Below, piece after piece: positions 61,901 through 64,000 of a stretch of 64,000 bases of DNA. Position 1 is the stretch's first letter. The number at the start of each line of letters is the position of its first letter. Source of the stretch: Macrostomum lignano (Eukaryota); the NCBI GenBank assembly GCA_002269645.1, contig NIVC01000690.1, positions 413,196-477,195 on the forward strand. Direction: 5' to 3'. The notes under the pieces are model-generated. The model saw nothing but the letters and a program-made list of their open reading frames with translations. It searched no databases and was not told the DNA's origin. Made by a program: the position numbers and the translations under genes.

Positions 61901-64000
61901 TGTCGTCCTTGAAATCACTAAATAGATATGCGAAATCGATCTTTTGCTAATCCCACCACAGGTTCCAGTGAAAAGAAGAAACGAAACCCATTGACTAAAT
62001 TGGCAGTCGACTCAATCGATGCCGACTGCAACGGACCTGTCAGCTTCGAACTCAGGAGAGCAGCTAATAGTCTACGAGAGTAATGCTAGATGCCAGAATG
62101 CTTCACAGCATCAAAGTCTTAAGCAGAAGCTTCAATGAAAGGTTAGTTCATGCTGTGGCTGCATTCGTTTTCGTGTCTAGAAGCGTTATAACTTTTTGTA
62201 CTTTTAACTCTCAGATCGGGTCTTAGCAGATTCTATAGCTATGCATGCAAGGGCCCCTCAGAGGAGATGCTTAAACACTGCAGTGCATTTTTCCTAGCAA
62301 TTATTGGGACACGAAGTGTTGGGCCACTGTGTGTGTGTCTAGTTTTTTCCGCATTTGTTAAGTCACCTAAAGAACTCAATTAATAAAGGGCTCCAGAACA
62401 AATTGATGGGCAAACGGATGACACACTGCACAGAGACTTGTTGGGACATATTAAAAACAGCTTATTTTAGAATGGGTACACTTTACTAAAGTAGAATGCT
62501 CCTACAGAAAGCTGCAAGCAAACTAGCATCTTCTGGAGCTGACATGCAGAGAAGAATGATTTTGTCGTCCTTGAAATCACTAAATAGATATGCGAAATCG
62601 ATCTTTTGCTAATCCCACCACAGGTTCCAGTGAAAAGAAGAAACGAAACCCATTGACTAAATTGGCAGTCGACTCAATCGATGCCGACTGCAACGACCTG
62701 TCAGCTTCGAACTCAGGAGAGCAGCTAATAGTCTACGAGAGTAATGCTAGATGCCAGAATGCTTCACAGCATCAAAGTCTTAAGCAGAAGCTTCAATGAA
62801 AGGTTAGTTCATGCTGTGGCTGCATTCGTTTTCGTGTCTAGAAGCGTTATAACTTTTTGTACTTTTAACTCTCAGATCGGGTCTTAGCAGATTCTATAGC
62901 TATGCATGCAAGGGCCCCTCAGAGGAGATGCTTAAACACTGCAGTGCATTTTTCCTAGCAATTATTGGGACACGAAGTGTTGGGCCACTGTGTGTGTGTC
63001 TAGTTTTTTCCGCATTTGTTAAGTCACCTAAAGAACTCAATTAATAAAGGGCTCCAGAACAAATTGATGGGCAAACGGATGACACACTGCACAGAGACTT
63101 GTTGGGACATATTAAAAACAGCTTATTTTAGAATGGGTACACTTTACTAAAGTAGAATGCTCCTACAGAAAGCTGCAAGCAAACTAGCATCTTCTGGAGC
63201 TGACATGCAGAGAAGAATGATTTTGTCGTCCTTGAAATCACTAAATAGATATGCGAAATCGATCTTTGCTAATCCCACCACAGGTTCCAGTGAAAAGAAG
63301 AAACGAAACCCATTGACTAAATTGGCAGTCGACTCAATCGATGCCGACTGCAACGGACCTGTCAGCTTCGAACTCAGGAGAGCAGCTAATAGTCTACGAG
63401 AGTAATGCTAGATGCCAGAATGCTTCACAGCATCAAAGTCTTAAGCAGAAGCTTCAATGAAAGGTTAGTTCATGCTGTGGCTGCATTCGTTTTCGTGTCT
63501 AGAAGCGTTATAACTTTTTGTACTTTTAACTCTCAGATCGGGTCTTAGCAGATTCTATAGCTATGCATGCAAGGGCCCCTCAGAGGAGATGCTTAAACAC
63601 TGCAGTGCATTTTTCCTAGCAATTATTGGGACACGAAGTGTTGGGCCACTGTGTGTGTGTCTAGTTTTTTCCGCATTTGTTAAGTCACCTAAAGAACTCA
63701 ATTAATAAAGGGCTCCAGAACAAATTGATGGGCAAACGGATGACACACTGCACAGAGACTTGTTGGGACATATTAAAAACAGCTTATTTTAGAATGGGTA
63801 CACTTTACTAAAGTAGAATGCTCCTACAGAAAGCTGCAAGCAAACTAGCATCTTCTGGAGCTGACATGCAGAGAAGAATGATTTTGTCGTCCTTGAAATC
63901 ACTAAATAGATATGCGAAATCGATCTTTGCTAATCCCACCACAGGTTCCAGTGAAGAAGAAAGAAACGAAACCCATTGACTAAATTGGCAGTCGACTCAA
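46960..64000. repeat. Tandem array of a ~662-bp unit, ~26 copies, continuing beyond the window end
   Basis: Anchor CTCAGATCGGGTC recurs at 46981, 47649, 48311, 48973 ... 54267, 54929, 55591 (662-bp period). Confidence 0.98.

Noticed and set aside
53324-63405. Recurrent 68-82-aa ORFs in the array (MRNRSFANPTTG..., MLLQKAAS..., MQSASIEST...)
   Set aside because: They appear only in units with a 1-bp deletion in a GG or TTTT run, so they are not a property of the consensus unit.
46960-64000. Possible 5S rRNA, snRNA, SL-RNA or histone gene array
   Set aside because: No 5S, U-snRNA, tRNA or recalled flatworm SL-leader sequence and no histone ORF recognisable on either strand; an Rfam cmscan would be the decisive test.

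Overview
Eukaryotic (animal) genomic DNA with GC-rich exons and AT-rich, repeat-loaded GT-AG introns. The style and gene families suggest a free-living flatworm such as Macrostomum (inference, not verified). Left to right: (1) 541-31541 (+), 24 exons of an axonemal dynein heavy chain lacking its N-terminus in this window, most similar by recalled signatures to DNAH14; about 10 of its 23 introns carry their own private minisatellite, and others carry SINEs, MITEs or Helitron-like pieces. (2) ~32093-34481 (-), a Mab-21/cGAS-like (cGLR-type) gene with a degenerate catalytic motif, three C-terminal hydrophobic helices and one frameshift at an A-run. (3) 35629-39143 (-), a 4-exon FOXRED2-like flavoprotein. 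(4) 40396-41601 (-), a truncated piggyBac element. (5) 42530-44380 (+), an intronless DEG/ENaC channel. (6) ~46960-64000, about 26 copies of a ~662-bp tandem unit that runs off the window edge, contains splice-site-like signals and shows an edge-to-interior homogenisation gradient. All exon boundaries were read by eye and are phase-consistent, but none is confirmed by transcript data.
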